Shown in pieces: positions 24,087 through 33,617 of a DNA stretch of 64,000 nt (position 1 is the first letter of the stretch; the number at the start of each line of letters is the position of its first letter). The stretch is taken from the IMG/VR virus record IMGVR_UViG_3300008121_000011. One strand, written 5' to 3'. The position numbers were made by a program, and so were the translations under genes. Origin of the DNA: a virus. The notes beneath the pieces are model-generated. The model saw only the letters and a list, made by a program, of their open reading frames with translations, was not told the DNA's origin and made no database searches.

Positions 24087-25735
24087 GATTCAGACTCCGT
24101 TTCATCTTCTTCATCATCCTCGCTATCGTCCTCTTCTTCCTCGTCATCATTCTCAGTCTCTACGACTTGACTCTGATTAGTATTAGCAGTAGCCATCTCT
24201 ACAGGCGGCGCGATCGCCACAATTTTTTGATCCTTTGGCAAGAAATTAATTCTATGCAAAATCTCAGTAGCTGCTTCTTCAGTTAAGCCTTTATTAATTA
24301 CCTGGAAAATAGTGCGAATCAAGTTCACGTCAGCAGGGGCAAGAATAAAGCTCAAATCTACGTCAATTGTACCGTGATCCTCGGTTACGTCTTTACCTTC
24401 CCACATTGCCCAATGGCAAAAGACTTGTTGAGAACATGACTCTTTATTGACCTCATACTCTTGCAGGCCAGCTTCATTTTGCCCAGCTTTGATGCTCACC
24501 TCAGTAGCAGATTGTTGGACAAATGACTCACCCAAGAAATTGAAAACAGTCTGTTTGATTAGTGATTCCAATCGGTCTAGCGCTTGAATCATAGGCGCGA
24601 CACTATTAGCATCAGCTTGCAAGTAGTAAACCTTAGCGGCTCCGATTTGGGTTAACACTGTCTCAATGACAGCAGCGCCGCCTGTAGACAAAGGGTTGAG
24701 TTTCTCTGGAATAAAATCAATATGCTCACGAACTGCCGTTGGCTGCATCTTGCGAACTGTTGCAAGCCAATCGCTAAATACTTGGTAATAGGTATGATTC
24801 TTTTGCTGTAAATCAAGTAACGGGGGTATTGTGTCCCATGGGTTAGCGCTGGTTACTGAGTAAAGCACAAAGGGGATTTGACTCAATGGCTTGCCATTGG
24901 TATCTAGCAATGGTCTAGGCTCTTCTTCTACTCGATATTCCTTTTCGCCTTTGTCGTTAGTTTCAATGCAAGTTACTGATCGCATCACAGCATAATAAAT
25001 ACGATCTTTTTCTTGCACTTTGATTAGCTCGTATTCCCAGCAATAATTTTTCATTGATTGCTTGTAACGGGTTTCGCTAATTACCTCACTCCGATCAATC
25101 GTGACGTGCTTAAGCAGTACAGAGCCGTCATTGGTGTATTCGTAATCCTTGATATCAATATCTAATCTAGGAATTAGCACTGAATAGGGGCGCAAATCTA
25201 ATTGTTGTTCAACTGCACGATTAGGGATTTCGCCAAAATTAGGATAAAGGGTAAGCACTCCTACAAAGCCATCTCTAACAGCCATGCGATCGGCTTCGAG
25301 AAAGAATGCTCTAATTGATGTGCCGCGCTTATCAAAGTTTTTGGAGGCATTGACAACCGACTCAGGTACATTGCCACTAAGCACCCATTTGCTCAGCAGA
25401 CTAGATACAATTTTGACGGCTGGCTTGAAAAAATTGACGAATAGCGATCGCCTTAATCTGAAATACCACTCTTTAGGTGTTTCGCTTGGCATGAGTGGTA
25501 AATATTCCTCAGCCAAATTATCAATAATCTGATCGAGGTTTTCGCCATAAATCCAAGCGCTTTGACCCTCGTAGAAATCTATGCAACGCCTGACATTAGC
25601 TTGCTGTCTTTGATAAGCAATGCTCTTTAATGTTGGGTTGTTATCGTCGCCAAGTATGTTACCGCCTCGATAGCCTTTAGCGATCGCCCCTGGCAATTGA
25701 TTTGGCTGTAACGTGATTAAAGTTTCTGTTGTCAT
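24083..25735 (-). CDS. Portal protein
   Basis: 550 aa, positioned between the terminase and capsid genes. It has an 'EEYLPLMPSE...YFRLRRSLFVNFFKPAV' region and an extremely acidic C-terminal tail (ENDDEEEEDDSEDDEEDETESES). Confidence 0.6.
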   Translation of the reverse strand: MTTETLITLQPNQLPGAIAKGYRGGNILGDDNNPTLKSIAYQRQQANVRRCIDFYEGQSAWIYGENLDQIIDNLAEEYLPLMPSETPKEWYFRLRRSLFVNFFKPAVKIVSSLLSKWVLSGNVPESVVNASKNFDKRGTSIRAFFLEADRMAVRDGFVGVLTLYPNFGEIPNRAVEQQLDLRPYSVLIPRLDIDIKDYEYTNDGSVLLKHVTIDRSEVISETRYKQSMKNYCWEYELIKVQEKDRIYYAVMRSVTCIETNDKGEKEYRVEEEPRPLLDTNGKPLSQIPFVLYSVTSANPWDTIPPLLDLQQKNHTYYQVFSDWLATVRKMQPTAVREHIDFIPEKLNPLSTGGAAVIETVLTQIGAAKVYYLQADANSVAPMIQALDRLESLIKQTVFNFLGESFVQQSATEVSIKAGQNEAGLQEYEVNKESCSQQVFCHWAMWEGKDVTEDHGTIDVDLSFILAPADVNLIRTIFQVINKGLTEEAATEILHRINFLPKDQKIVAIAPPVEMATANTNQSQVVETENDDEEEEDDSEDDEEDETESES

Positions 25736-25789
25736 TTTTGCAACATTAATTATTAATATGATATTATCAGCTTAATCTGAGTTAATGGG

Positions 25790-25860
25790 GCGTGATGCCC
25801 TAATTAATAAAAGATTGCGGAAAAGATTAGAAGTGATTTCTACCTTTGAGCGTGATGCCC
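25790..25860. promoter_or_regulatory. Two copies of GCGTGATGCCC, 60 bp apart, in the divergent portal/capsid control region
   Basis: The copies lie at 25790-25800 and 25850-25860. Both sit in the 165-bp gap between the divergent portal and capsid genes. Confidence 0.3.
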
Positions 25861-25900
25861 CCGCTACACAGCAAAGCACTCAAAGTTAGGAATCATAAAT

Positions 25901-26854
25901 ATGGCAGCTTTAACACTATTAGAAATGGCAAAGCAAGCCCGTGAGACGGGAGACGTTCTCAAGGCTGGCATTGTCGAGCAGTATGCAGGTAATTCTCCGA
26001 TCCTTGACGTTATTGCGTTTGAAGAAAGAGCGGGCGGTGTCGTTGAGTGGCTGCAAGAGAAGCGACTCCCCTTAATGGCTAACCGTGCAATCAACGAAGG
26101 TTTTACAGCCGATATTGGTGAAGTTGAACGACGGATCGAGAAAGTCGTGATTGCTGGTGGCGAAATCAAGATCGATACGGCTGGATTGAAGTTGTATGGC
26201 GAAAACGTCTTGACCACTCAAATTTCGATGGCGCTTAAGTCTTTACAACTTAAATGGCATGGCGATTTCTTTAATGGCGATCACGCCACTAACCCTAAAG
26301 AATTTTCTGGGTTGAAGACTCGTGCTGGTGGTACTCAACTAGTTCAAGCTGGTAGCACTTCGGGCGGTGATGCATTATCACTTAGCGCTTTACGCCGCGC
26401 TCGTTCTAGGGTTCGCGCTGTCAACCCTCGCGCCCAATTGCGTATCTACTCCAATCTTGAATTGTATTTGCGCTACCAAGATGCAATCAGCAATCCCACA
26501 ATTTCGGGTTACGTTGTCCAAACCAAGAATGACATCGGCATTGAAGCCCCTACATTTATGGGTGTCCCTTGGTTTCCTATTGAAGAAGACGCAGAGGGCG
26601 ATCAAATTCTTGGTTTTGCCGAAGTTGCAAGCGGCGGCGGATCGGCTGTAACCTCTTCGATCTACATCGTTGCATTTTCTCCTGAAGACCTTACAGGTAT
26701 TCAAACAGGCGGTATTGATGTACGTGACATGGGTGAAATGCAAACCGAAACCAAGCGATTGATTCGCATGGATTGGTTGAACAATTTCGCAACCTATAAC
26801 CCTCGTTCCTTTGTTCGCCTTGCTGGTGTAAAGGACGCTGCTTTTGTCGCTTAA
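25901..26854 (+). CDS. Major capsid protein (HK97-fold type)
   Basis: 317 aa, with RBS-like AGGAATCATAAAT-ATG. Composition and layout are typical of phage major capsid proteins, and a strong hairpin follows the stop. Confidence 0.65.
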   Translation: MAALTLLEMAKQARETGDVLKAGIVEQYAGNSPILDVIAFEERAGGVVEWLQEKRLPLMANRAINEGFTADIGEVERRIEKVVIAGGEIKIDTAGLKLYGENVLTTQISMALKSLQLKWHGDFFNGDHATNPKEFSGLKTRAGGTQLVQAGSTSGGDALSLSALRRARSRVRAVNPRAQLRIYSNLELYLRYQDAISNPTISGYVVQTKNDIGIEAPTFMGVPWFPIEEDAEGDQILGFAEVASGGGSAVTSSIYIVAFSPEDLTGIQTGGIDVRDMGEMQTETKRLIRMDWLNNFATYNPRSFVRLAGVKDAAFVA

Positions 26855-26891
26855 AAATATCAATTATGGGATATCCCATAATTGATATTTT
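26854..26891. terminator. Perfect 38-bp palindrome/hairpin at the capsid gene stop
   Basis: AAAATATCAATTATGGGAT|ATCCCATAATTGATATTTT is centred on GATATC. An A/T-run flanks each side. Confidence 0.55.
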
Positions 26892-26923
26892 GCAATGCTT
26901 TCAACCCAATCAAAGAGAAAATC

Positions 26924-27379
26924 ATGGTCTACTCAAGCGCTTTTAAATCTACTCTCCCTAGAGCTAATAACTCTACCAACACATCGCAAATCGATGCGTT
27001 GACAACCCTACGCGATTACACAGCGGCGGCTGCTACTGCAACTACTAATGGCACTCCCATTGAATATCCTTTTAATGCCGAAGAATCGGTAAAGGTGATC
27101 ATTAATCAGGCTGCTTACTCTAGCTATGCGGCTGGTACTGTTCATTGGACTCTATCTCTTGAGGTTTGCGACACTGTTGCTGGTACTTATAGGCAAGTCG
27201 CCTCTATTGCCCCCACCGTAGCGGCTGGCGCGGCTCTCAATGGTCAAGAGGTATTCTTGAGTGGTGAACAAATCAATAAAACTTTTGCTAATGCAAGGTT
27301 TTTAAGAATTGTCGCAACTAAACTCAGCACAGCAGGAAACCTCACTTTTGGCGCTTACCTCGTTCCATCTGGCCGCTAA
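26924..27379 (+). CDS. Hypothetical virion protein (151 aa)
   Basis: The ATG is at 26924 (MVYSSAFKSTLPR...). It lies immediately downstream of the capsid gene, so a decoration or accessory role is possible. Confidence 0.45.
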   Translation: MVYSSAFKSTLPRANNSTNTSQIDALTTLRDYTAAAATATTNGTPIEYPFNAEESVKVIINQAAYSSYAAGTVHWTLSLEVCDTVAGTYRQVASIAPTVAAGAALNGQEVFLSGEQINKTFANARFLRIVATKLSTAGNLTFGAYLVPSGR

Positions 27380-27382
27380 TTT

Positions 27383-27571
27383 ATGAAGATCAATCTTTAT
27401 CACCCCAAAACAGGGGAATTAAGACGAATCCATCACCATGATGTTGAAGGCTGGATTGCAGACGGATGGCTGACATCGCCCCCCGATCTAAATCCGATTG
27501 TTGAGGAAGAACCAGAAGCGATCGCACCAAAGCCAAAAGCTAAAAAATCTACACCTGTAGATACTGAATAA
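27383..27571 (+). CDS. Hypothetical protein (62 aa)
   Basis: ATG ORF, coupled to its neighbours. Confidence 0.4.
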   Translation: MKINLYHPKTGELRRIHHHDVEGWIADGWLTSPPDLNPIVEEEPEAIAPKPKAKKSTPVDTE

Positions 27572-27614
27572 CTAAACGGAATAGGCGATCGCAAGGTCGC
27601 CTATTTTAATAAAA

Positions 27615-27983
27615 ATGAGTTGCGCTCTTGAAGTACCAATTGAAAATTTTGCGGACAATCCGATAGTTATTGGTTTCCCTTGGAAAGCATCGTTATCTTT
27701 TGGCGTGGGTACTCAGGCGACTTTTGTTGGTCTTGATTTATTGCTGTACGATATCTTTTTTGCGATCGCGCCAAACGCAAAATCGTCTATTAGTATTGCC
27801 CCTACTGTTACAAAGTACTCTAACGGATTAGCGGAATTTGAATTTAGTGCAATTCAGACAGGTGTCATGTCCCCCGCAGGTCGATGGACTGGACATTGTT
27901 TTTTGCAGTTAATAGCTGGAGGATCGCCAGAATATTTTATAGAGATCGCCCCTTACGTCGTTAATCCTGTACCAATGCCATGA
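27615..27983 (+). CDS. Hypothetical virion protein (122 aa)
   Basis: ATG ORF whose stop is ATGA-coupled to the next gene. Confidence 0.45.
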   Translation: MSCALEVPIENFADNPIVIGFPWKASLSFGVGTQATFVGLDLLLYDIFFAIAPNAKSSISIAPTVTKYSNGLAEFEFSAIQTGVMSPAGRWTGHCFLQLIAGGSPEYFIEIAPYVVNPVPMP

Positions 27984-28381
27984 CGCAAATAGTTAAAGTC
28001 CTTAACTCGCCAACACGAATTATTAAATCTGCACCAATCCAGATTAATAACACTGGCGTATCAGCTAAGCAAAAATCCATAAATTTTAGTTATGGCGATG
28101 TGACTACACAAACGATCTATGCATTGACAGCAGGGCAGCGGATTACTCAGGTTGAAATTGTTTTTGATGTTGCCTTTAATGTCGTTTCTACTATTTCTGT
28201 AGGAGATAGTGGCAACACTCAGAGATTAATGACTACAGGACAAAATAATCCGCTTTCTACGGATGTTTACGCAACGACCCCGTTTTATAAATATGCGTCA
28301 AATACCAATATTTTGCTAACTCTTAATACTGGTATGGGCGCTACTCAAGGATCGGGCGTTGTTATTGTTTATTACGAATAG
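27980..28381 (+). CDS. Hypothetical virion protein (133 aa)
   Basis: ATGA-coupled to the upstream gene. Confidence 0.45.
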   Translation: MTQIVKVLNSPTRIIKSAPIQINNTGVSAKQKSINFSYGDVTTQTIYALTAGQRITQVEIVFDVAFNVVSTISVGDSGNTQRLMTTGQNNPLSTDVYATTPFYKYASNTNILLTLNTGMGATQGSGVVIVYYE

Positions 28382-28390
28382 GAGAAAGAA

Positions 28391-29068
28391 ATGGGGTTGT
28401 TTAAAGATCTAAAAGGTACGACAGAAAGCATTTTTCGCGTCGGCGTAAATGCTTGGAAAAATATTACGGGTGGGATTGCTGCTCGTAATGCTGCTGATAA
28501 TGCCGACGTAAAGGTTCAAGCGAGCCAATTTGAAAGCACTGGCAACACTGGTCTGATTATCAACGCTGACGCTGCTAATACAGGCGCTGATTGGTCTATC
28601 ACGATCAATCGTCCTGCAACTGGTATGGCGGCTGGCTACACACTGACACTGCCTACTACAGACGGATCTCCGTCTGAGTATTTGCAGACAGATGGCAGCG
28701 GCAATTTAACATGGGCTGGGGTAGGAGGATCTGCCGACAAAATGGCGGTTGATACTACTTCGTTAGCTTTTGGTACGTCTTCACCATTAACACTGTTTAC
28801 GACCCCAGCTAATGCTGTAATCCATAAAATCCAAGTCGTTATTGATACGCCTTTTAATGGCACTGCTAACGTAACTGTGGGGATTGCTGGCACTACCTCT
28901 AAATATATGGGTTCGTCCCAAAATGTCTTGCAAGGCACTGCTAAAGATGTTTACGAAACGAATCCTGGAGAGGCGGCGGCTAGTGAAGCTTTGATCGCTA
29001 CTTACGCAGCAGGTGGCGCTAGTGCTGGAGCTGCTAGAATCTTGGTGTATTACTCTGTACCGTCATAA
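28391..29068 (+). CDS. Tail-fibre-like protein (225 aa)
   Basis: RBS GGAGAAAGAA-ATG. The motif 'YTLTLPTTDGSPSEYLQTDGSGNLTWAG' is of the kind seen in phage fibre N-termini and has a paralog in the next gene. Confidence 0.45.
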   Translation: MGLFKDLKGTTESIFRVGVNAWKNITGGIAARNAADNADVKVQASQFESTGNTGLIINADAANTGADWSITINRPATGMAAGYTLTLPTTDGSPSEYLQTDGSGNLTWAGVGGSADKMAVDTTSLAFGTSSPLTLFTTPANAVIHKIQVVIDTPFNGTANVTVGIAGTTSKYMGSSQNVLQGTAKDVYETNPGEAAASEALIATYAAGGASAGAARILVYYSVPS

Positions 29069-29072
29069 TTAA

Positions 29073-29342
29073 ATGAGCTTAATACCTGATCTAAAGGGAA
29101 TCACTAATACTAGCTTCATGCTTAATGCTGGAGCTAGTCAAAGCGGATCTGACTGGCGAACTATTTTGCAATTACCAGCAACGGGTCAGGGCGCAAATTT
29201 AACTTTTACTTTGCCGCCAAATTACGGAACTTCGGGACAGATTTTACAAACCGATGGCACGGGTGTAATGACTTGGGTTACTAATACGGGCGGATCTGGA
29301 ATTAGTGAAGAGTTGGCGATCGCCTATGCAGTGGTGCTATGA
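29073..29342 (+). CDS. Tail-fibre-like small protein (89 aa)
   Basis: Contains the paralogous motif 'LTFTLPPNYGTSGQILQTDGTGVMTWV'. Confidence 0.45.
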   Translation: MSLIPDLKGITNTSFMLNAGASQSGSDWRTILQLPATGQGANLTFTLPPNYGTSGQILQTDGTGVMTWVTNTGGSGISEELAIAYAVVL

Positions 29343-29914
29343 AAATATTAATTACGAACTACACTTTTAACGCCGCCTCAAGAACAGTTACGTTTTTGGG
29401 CTATTCGCGTATTTTGCTTGATTCAATTCTGATAATCACAAACGTCGCATCCAACACGATTATTTATAATTTTGCGGGATCTGGTAAGGGCGGGACTGTA
29501 TCGGGCAACGTACTTACGCTTGATTTTGACACTAGCGCAATGTCAAATAGCGACCCCTTGCAGATTTACTACGAAGATGCGGCGATCGTTCCCGCGACGG
29601 TGCAAGAGCAGCAAAACACTGAAGATTTACTTTATTTGCTATCCGTTCAAGGCAATGCATTAGGCAAATTGGCTGAAATGGTTGATGGTGCAAATATTCG
29701 GGCGGCGCTACAGGCAAGCGCCGCTGTGATTGGCGCTGTAACCCAAAGCGGATCATGGTCTATCGCCACGGTAACAACGGTGACAACGGTGACAACCTGT
29801 TCAACCCTTACAAACCAAACACAGAACGGTGGACAACCTACTAACGATATTGTTCCAAACGCTTCAAATACGCTTGCCTGTTTGCTAAATATCAATAACG
29901 TTACTTACACATAA
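29339..29914 (+). CDS. Hypothetical tail/fibre-module protein (191 aa)
   Basis: ATGA-coupled. A 9-bp tandem repeat encodes TVTTVTTVTT. Confidence 0.45.
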   Translation: MKILITNYTFNAASRTVTFLGYSRILLDSILIITNVASNTIIYNFAGSGKGGTVSGNVLTLDFDTSAMSNSDPLQIYYEDAAIVPATVQEQQNTEDLLYLLSVQGNALGKLAEMVDGANIRAALQASAAVIGAVTQSGSWSIATVTTVTTVTTCSTLTNQTQNGGQPTNDIVPNASNTLACLLNINNVTYT

Positions 29915-29918
29915 ACCT

Positions 29919-31640
29919 ATGCGAGTACTACAAAAAAATCTACCTTTATTGCATACGCCAACGTTTCAGCAGATGTCCAATGCTCCTGCTGCGACGGTTG
30001 CAAACGCATTTGTTGCCAACGATCCTACAGGTCGAGCGCCATTTGCGCTGTACGTTGTATCTGCTACGGTGCAATATTTGTATAACGATAATGGATGGGT
30101 TCAAATTCCTTCGGGCGCTTTAGCCACGTTTGGGGCTGGGGCTTGCGCGGTATATCACCCATGGAGTAATACCTATACAGCAAACGGTGGAAGCACAACA
30201 ACAGCGACAGTAGCGGCGGCTACGCATAATATTACGGGCTTAGCGCTTGGCGAGACAATTGAGTTTGTTGTTAGTGGCACTAACAGCGGATTGCGTCGCA
30301 CAATCACAGGCGTAATTAATAACGCGGGTACAGGCACAATTACGATCCAATGGTCGGGCGCTGTTGCAACAGCGGTATTAAACACTCACACGTTTAGGAT
30401 TAGCACAGGCAGATTTTTTGTCTATGGTGGCGGTGCAACCACGGCGGGATCGTTCAAATCCTTTGATGTTGGTACTATGTCTTGGTCTGGGAACTTGGTG
30501 GTAACAGGCGTTCCAACTTTTACTAATGACGGGCGTATGGCTTTGATGTATCAGCTCCCTAAAAGCTTTCAATCAGGGCTTGCAACGGCTGTTACCAATA
30601 CCACGAATGCCACTCTTTCTGATACTACAAAAAGCTGGAAGGTAAATCAATGGACTGGCTATTGGGTAAGAATTACCGCAGGGGCGGGTTCGCCTAATGG
30701 CAGTACAGGGGCGATCAATCCGTTACTTCAAATCACTAGTAATACAGCAAATCAGCTTGTTCTCACTGGTGTTTTCACGACTCCTCCTGATACAACCTCT
30801 TCATATTCAATAGAAGGCGTACTTGCTTCTGGAGTTGCGACTTCTGGAAGTACAACAACGTTGGTTAACTCAGCTAAATCGGGCGGATCGGCGTGGACTG
30901 CTAACCAGTGGACTAACTCGCGAGTAAGAATCGCAGGGGGGACGGGGTTAGGGCAAACATCAATTATTGCTAGCAATACAGGTGACACTCTAACTATCGG
31001 TACTGTCGGCACTGCGATCGCGTCGGGTTCTATTTATGAGATTGAAGGTGATGAAAACTTTATCTATTTGGCTGGTAATGCTGCTGTTGCCATGTACAAA
31101 TACTCAATTTCGGCGGGTACTTGGGCAACGATAGCGCCAACAACCGCAAGAACGACAGCGCCAGGGGCTTCTCTAAGCTTGAATGCCGCTTACCATACAG
31201 GCTGTCCAAATTGGAGTAGTGAACCAGCGATTTTAAACGGTCGCTACCTTTATTCTTTTAGAGGCGCTGCTTCTGGGGTTGTAGATCGCCTTGATATAGC
31301 TGGAGGTACGGCTGGGGCTGCGGCGTGGGCTGTAGTTACTGTAGTGAATCAAGAGACATTCACTACAGGCGCAAGCTTTGATATCTGGAAGGGTAAAATA
31401 TACATCAGGAAAGAGTCGGCATCAGGTGTGGCGCAAAGGTTTTTTTACTATGATGTCGTTAAAAACGCACTGCTACCTTTTACCACACTAAATTACCCAG
31501 ATGGCGCGGCGTTAGCTGGGAATAAAATCTGGGTAAAAACTTTTGACCAGAACCAAACCGAGGCAGATACCGATGCCGTAAATTGGCTTTACACGCTACA
31601 ATCGACAGGTACGGCTTTACACAGAATCATGCTCTTTTAG
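29919..31640 (+). CDS. Large fibre/baseplate-like protein (573 aa) with repeated 'W..NQWT....VRI..G.G' units
   Basis: T/G/A/S-rich beta-type composition with internal repeats (SWKVNQWTGYWVRITAGAGS / AWTANQWTNSRVRIAGGTGLG). Confidence 0.45.
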   Translation: MRVLQKNLPLLHTPTFQQMSNAPAATVANAFVANDPTGRAPFALYVVSATVQYLYNDNGWVQIPSGALATFGAGACAVYHPWSNTYTANGGSTTTATVAAATHNITGLALGETIEFVVSGTNSGLRRTITGVINNAGTGTITIQWSGAVATAVLNTHTFRISTGRFFVYGGGATTAGSFKSFDVGTMSWSGNLVVTGVPTFTNDGRMALMYQLPKSFQSGLATAVTNTTNATLSDTTKSWKVNQWTGYWVRITAGAGSPNGSTGAINPLLQITSNTANQLVLTGVFTTPPDTTSSYSIEGVLASGVATSGSTTTLVNSAKSGGSAWTANQWTNSRVRIAGGTGLGQTSIIASNTGDTLTIGTVGTAIASGSIYEIEGDENFIYLAGNAAVAMYKYSISAGTWATIAPTTARTTAPGASLSLNAAYHTGCPNWSSEPAILNGRYLYSFRGAASGVVDRLDIAGGTAGAAAWAVVTVVNQETFTTGASFDIWKGKIYIRKESASGVAQRFFYYDVVKNALLPFTTLNYPDGAALAGNKIWVKTFDQNQTEADTDAVNWLYTLQSTGTALHRIMLF

Positions 31641-31649
31641 GAGAAAACA

Positions 31650-32117
31650 ATGGCTAGCAAAACAACGAAAATCCAAGGTGTTGATTCAAGTACCTTTAAT
31701 CTCACGATCGATCAATTTGATGAAGCGCTGCAAACAAATGTTCAGCGCTTGAGCCAAAACATTCCACAAGTTGATTACTCAGTACACTTTACTGACGGAA
31801 CAACCGTTAGAGCGCGGTACGACAACAATCTATCGCGATGGGACATTTCACTAGTAAGAAGTCTGACACTCACTAGTGAAAATTGTATTTTCTTGACGGA
31901 TCCCGAAGATCCCAATAGCGATTCATATTTTGAATACGATTGGGAATACCCAGCGTTGATTACTTCTCCGTTTTACAGTGAACTCATCGTTGAATGGATC
32001 CGCGACAATGTTGTGGTAAATGGGATCGTCAATCAAATCAGCATCAACTACATCCAAGAAGGCGCTTATAGAGCCTTTACAAATCTTAGTGACCAACTCT
32101 ACTGGATTCACCCTTAA
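31650..32117 (+). CDS. Hypothetical protein (155 aa)
   Basis: RBS AGGAGAAAACA-ATG. Confidence 0.45.
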   Translation: MASKTTKIQGVDSSTFNLTIDQFDEALQTNVQRLSQNIPQVDYSVHFTDGTTVRARYDNNLSRWDISLVRSLTLTSENCIFLTDPEDPNSDSYFEYDWEYPALITSPFYSELIVEWIRDNVVVNGIVNQISINYIQEGAYRAFTNLSDQLYWIHP

Positions 32118-32197
32118 CCCTTACCAAAAGCCCGTCATGTCTGGCGGTGCTGGTGCAGGATCAAGAATACCGAAATAAGCTTGCCTATTTTATAAAA

Positions 32198-33139
32198 ATG
32201 ACAGTACAAACTGATTTACAGACAAATCTAGACACTTATATCCAATCAAACTTCCAAGGCAGTTTGGAAGAAGTGTCAGCCGATCAATTGCCTTTGCAAA
32301 ACCTACTAAAATTGCAAAGTTATTTAGCGAATAGCGGTGGCGGCGGTTCTGGTGGCGTTGCTGATACGACTGCAACAGGCACAATTACCACTCAAAATCT
32401 AGTTCCCGCTGGCGTTGCAACGACTGGCTCCGCTGTATCCATAGACCTTAATAGCAAAGGTACAGTTACAATTCAAGTGACTGGAACTTATACAGGCGCT
32501 TTGTCAGCACAAATTACGACTGACGGGACTAATTGGGTTACTCCAACAAATACCGTATTTAAAAATATGACCACAGGCGCGAATAGTGCTACTATTCCGA
32601 GCGCATCCGTGGGAATTTGGCAGATTGAAGTTATCGGTCACGCAAAATTTAGATTAAGCGCTCTTGCAGCCGTCACAGGTACAGCTACTATTGCTCTTAG
32701 AGCAGCGGCAAATACTTCACAGGTAAGCGTTGCGGGTGTATCTACAGCCGCAAATCAAACAACTGGGAACGCTTCTCTAACAAGTCTTGTTGCAGCAACG
32801 ATCCCTGCGTTTACCAATAGCGCTATTAATCTGGGATCTGCCAACGCTGCTACGCTCAAGGCTAGCGCGGGGGCGGTTTACAAAATTTATTGCTACAACA
32901 AAAATGCTGCAACGAGATTTTTTCAAATCCACAATAAGGCAACTACGCCTGTAAATACTGAAGTCCCTGTTGAGTCATTCCCGATTGCTGCTAATTCAGC
33001 GCTGATAATTGATATCGCCTTTTTCGGTGCATCTGGTCGGGCTTGCAGTATTGGCGTATCATGGGCTTTCTCAACCACTGAGGCGACATTGACACTGGGT
33101 ACTGCTACTGACCAAACTAGCTCTGTGGGGTTTTTGTAA
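32198..33139 (+). CDS. Fibre-like protein (313 aa from the ATG at 32198)
   Basis: A Gly linker (GGGGSGG) is followed by a T/A/G-rich beta region. The track start at 32147 is a GTG. Confidence 0.45.
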   Translation: MTVQTDLQTNLDTYIQSNFQGSLEEVSADQLPLQNLLKLQSYLANSGGGGSGGVADTTATGTITTQNLVPAGVATTGSAVSIDLNSKGTVTIQVTGTYTGALSAQITTDGTNWVTPTNTVFKNMTTGANSATIPSASVGIWQIEVIGHAKFRLSALAAVTGTATIALRAAANTSQVSVAGVSTAANQTTGNASLTSLVAATIPAFTNSAINLGSANAATLKASAGAVYKIYCYNKNAATRFFQIHNKATTPVNTEVPVESFPIAANSALIIDIAFFGASGRACSIGVSWAFSTTEATLTLGTATDQTSSVGFL

Positions 33140-33588
33140 TGAGTGGAATTATTTTTGGTGGGAGCGGCGTAATTGCTGATGGCTCGGTAACAACAGCCAA
33201 GATTGCTGATGCAAATATTACTGCGCCAAAATTAAACGGTGCTCAATCTGGCTCGGCTCCTGTTTTTGGTGTTCGCGCATGGGTGAACTTTAATGGCACT
33301 GGCACACTAGCTATTAGGGCTAGCGGTAACGTAAGCTCTGTAACTGACAACAATACTGGCGACTACACAATTAACTTTACGACAGCTTTGCCTAATGCCA
33401 ATTATGCGGTTTCTGTTACTAGTACTAATCTCAACCCAAATAATCAAGACTTAAATGCTGTGGTGATGGGAACTGTGGCTGCTGGTGCAACTCTCAAGAC
33501 TGCCACCCAACTGCGGATAAATGTAGGCACTATTAGTGTGGCGGCTTTGATCGATGCTGCTGAAGTAAATGTTATGGTTGTTGGGTAA
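33139..33588 (+). CDS. Tail-fibre-like protein (149 aa)
   Basis: The N-terminal 'GSVTTAKIADANITAPKL' is a repeat common in phage fibres. The last 20 bp are tandemly duplicated past the stop. Confidence 0.45.
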   Translation: MSGIIFGGSGVIADGSVTTAKIADANITAPKLNGAQSGSAPVFGVRAWVNFNGTGTLAIRASGNVSSVTDNNTGDYTINFTTALPNANYAVSVTSTNLNPNNQDLNAVVMGTVAAGATLKTATQLRINVGTISVAALIDAAEVNVMVVG

Positions 33589-33610
33589 ATGTTATGGTTG
33601 TTGGGTAAAA
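33565..33610 (+). repeat. 20-bp tandem repeat, about 2.3 copies, spanning the stop codon
   Basis: GTAAATGTTATGGTTGTTGG occurs at 33565-33584 and 33585-33604, with a partial third copy. Confidence 0.8.
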
Positions 33611-33617
33611 ATGCAAT

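Noticed and set aside
26367-26879. ORFs overlapping the capsid gene (26367-26651 plus strand, 26390-26863 minus strand, 26691-26879 minus strand)
   Set aside because: They lie fully inside or antisense to the major capsid gene, with no RBS and no coupling.
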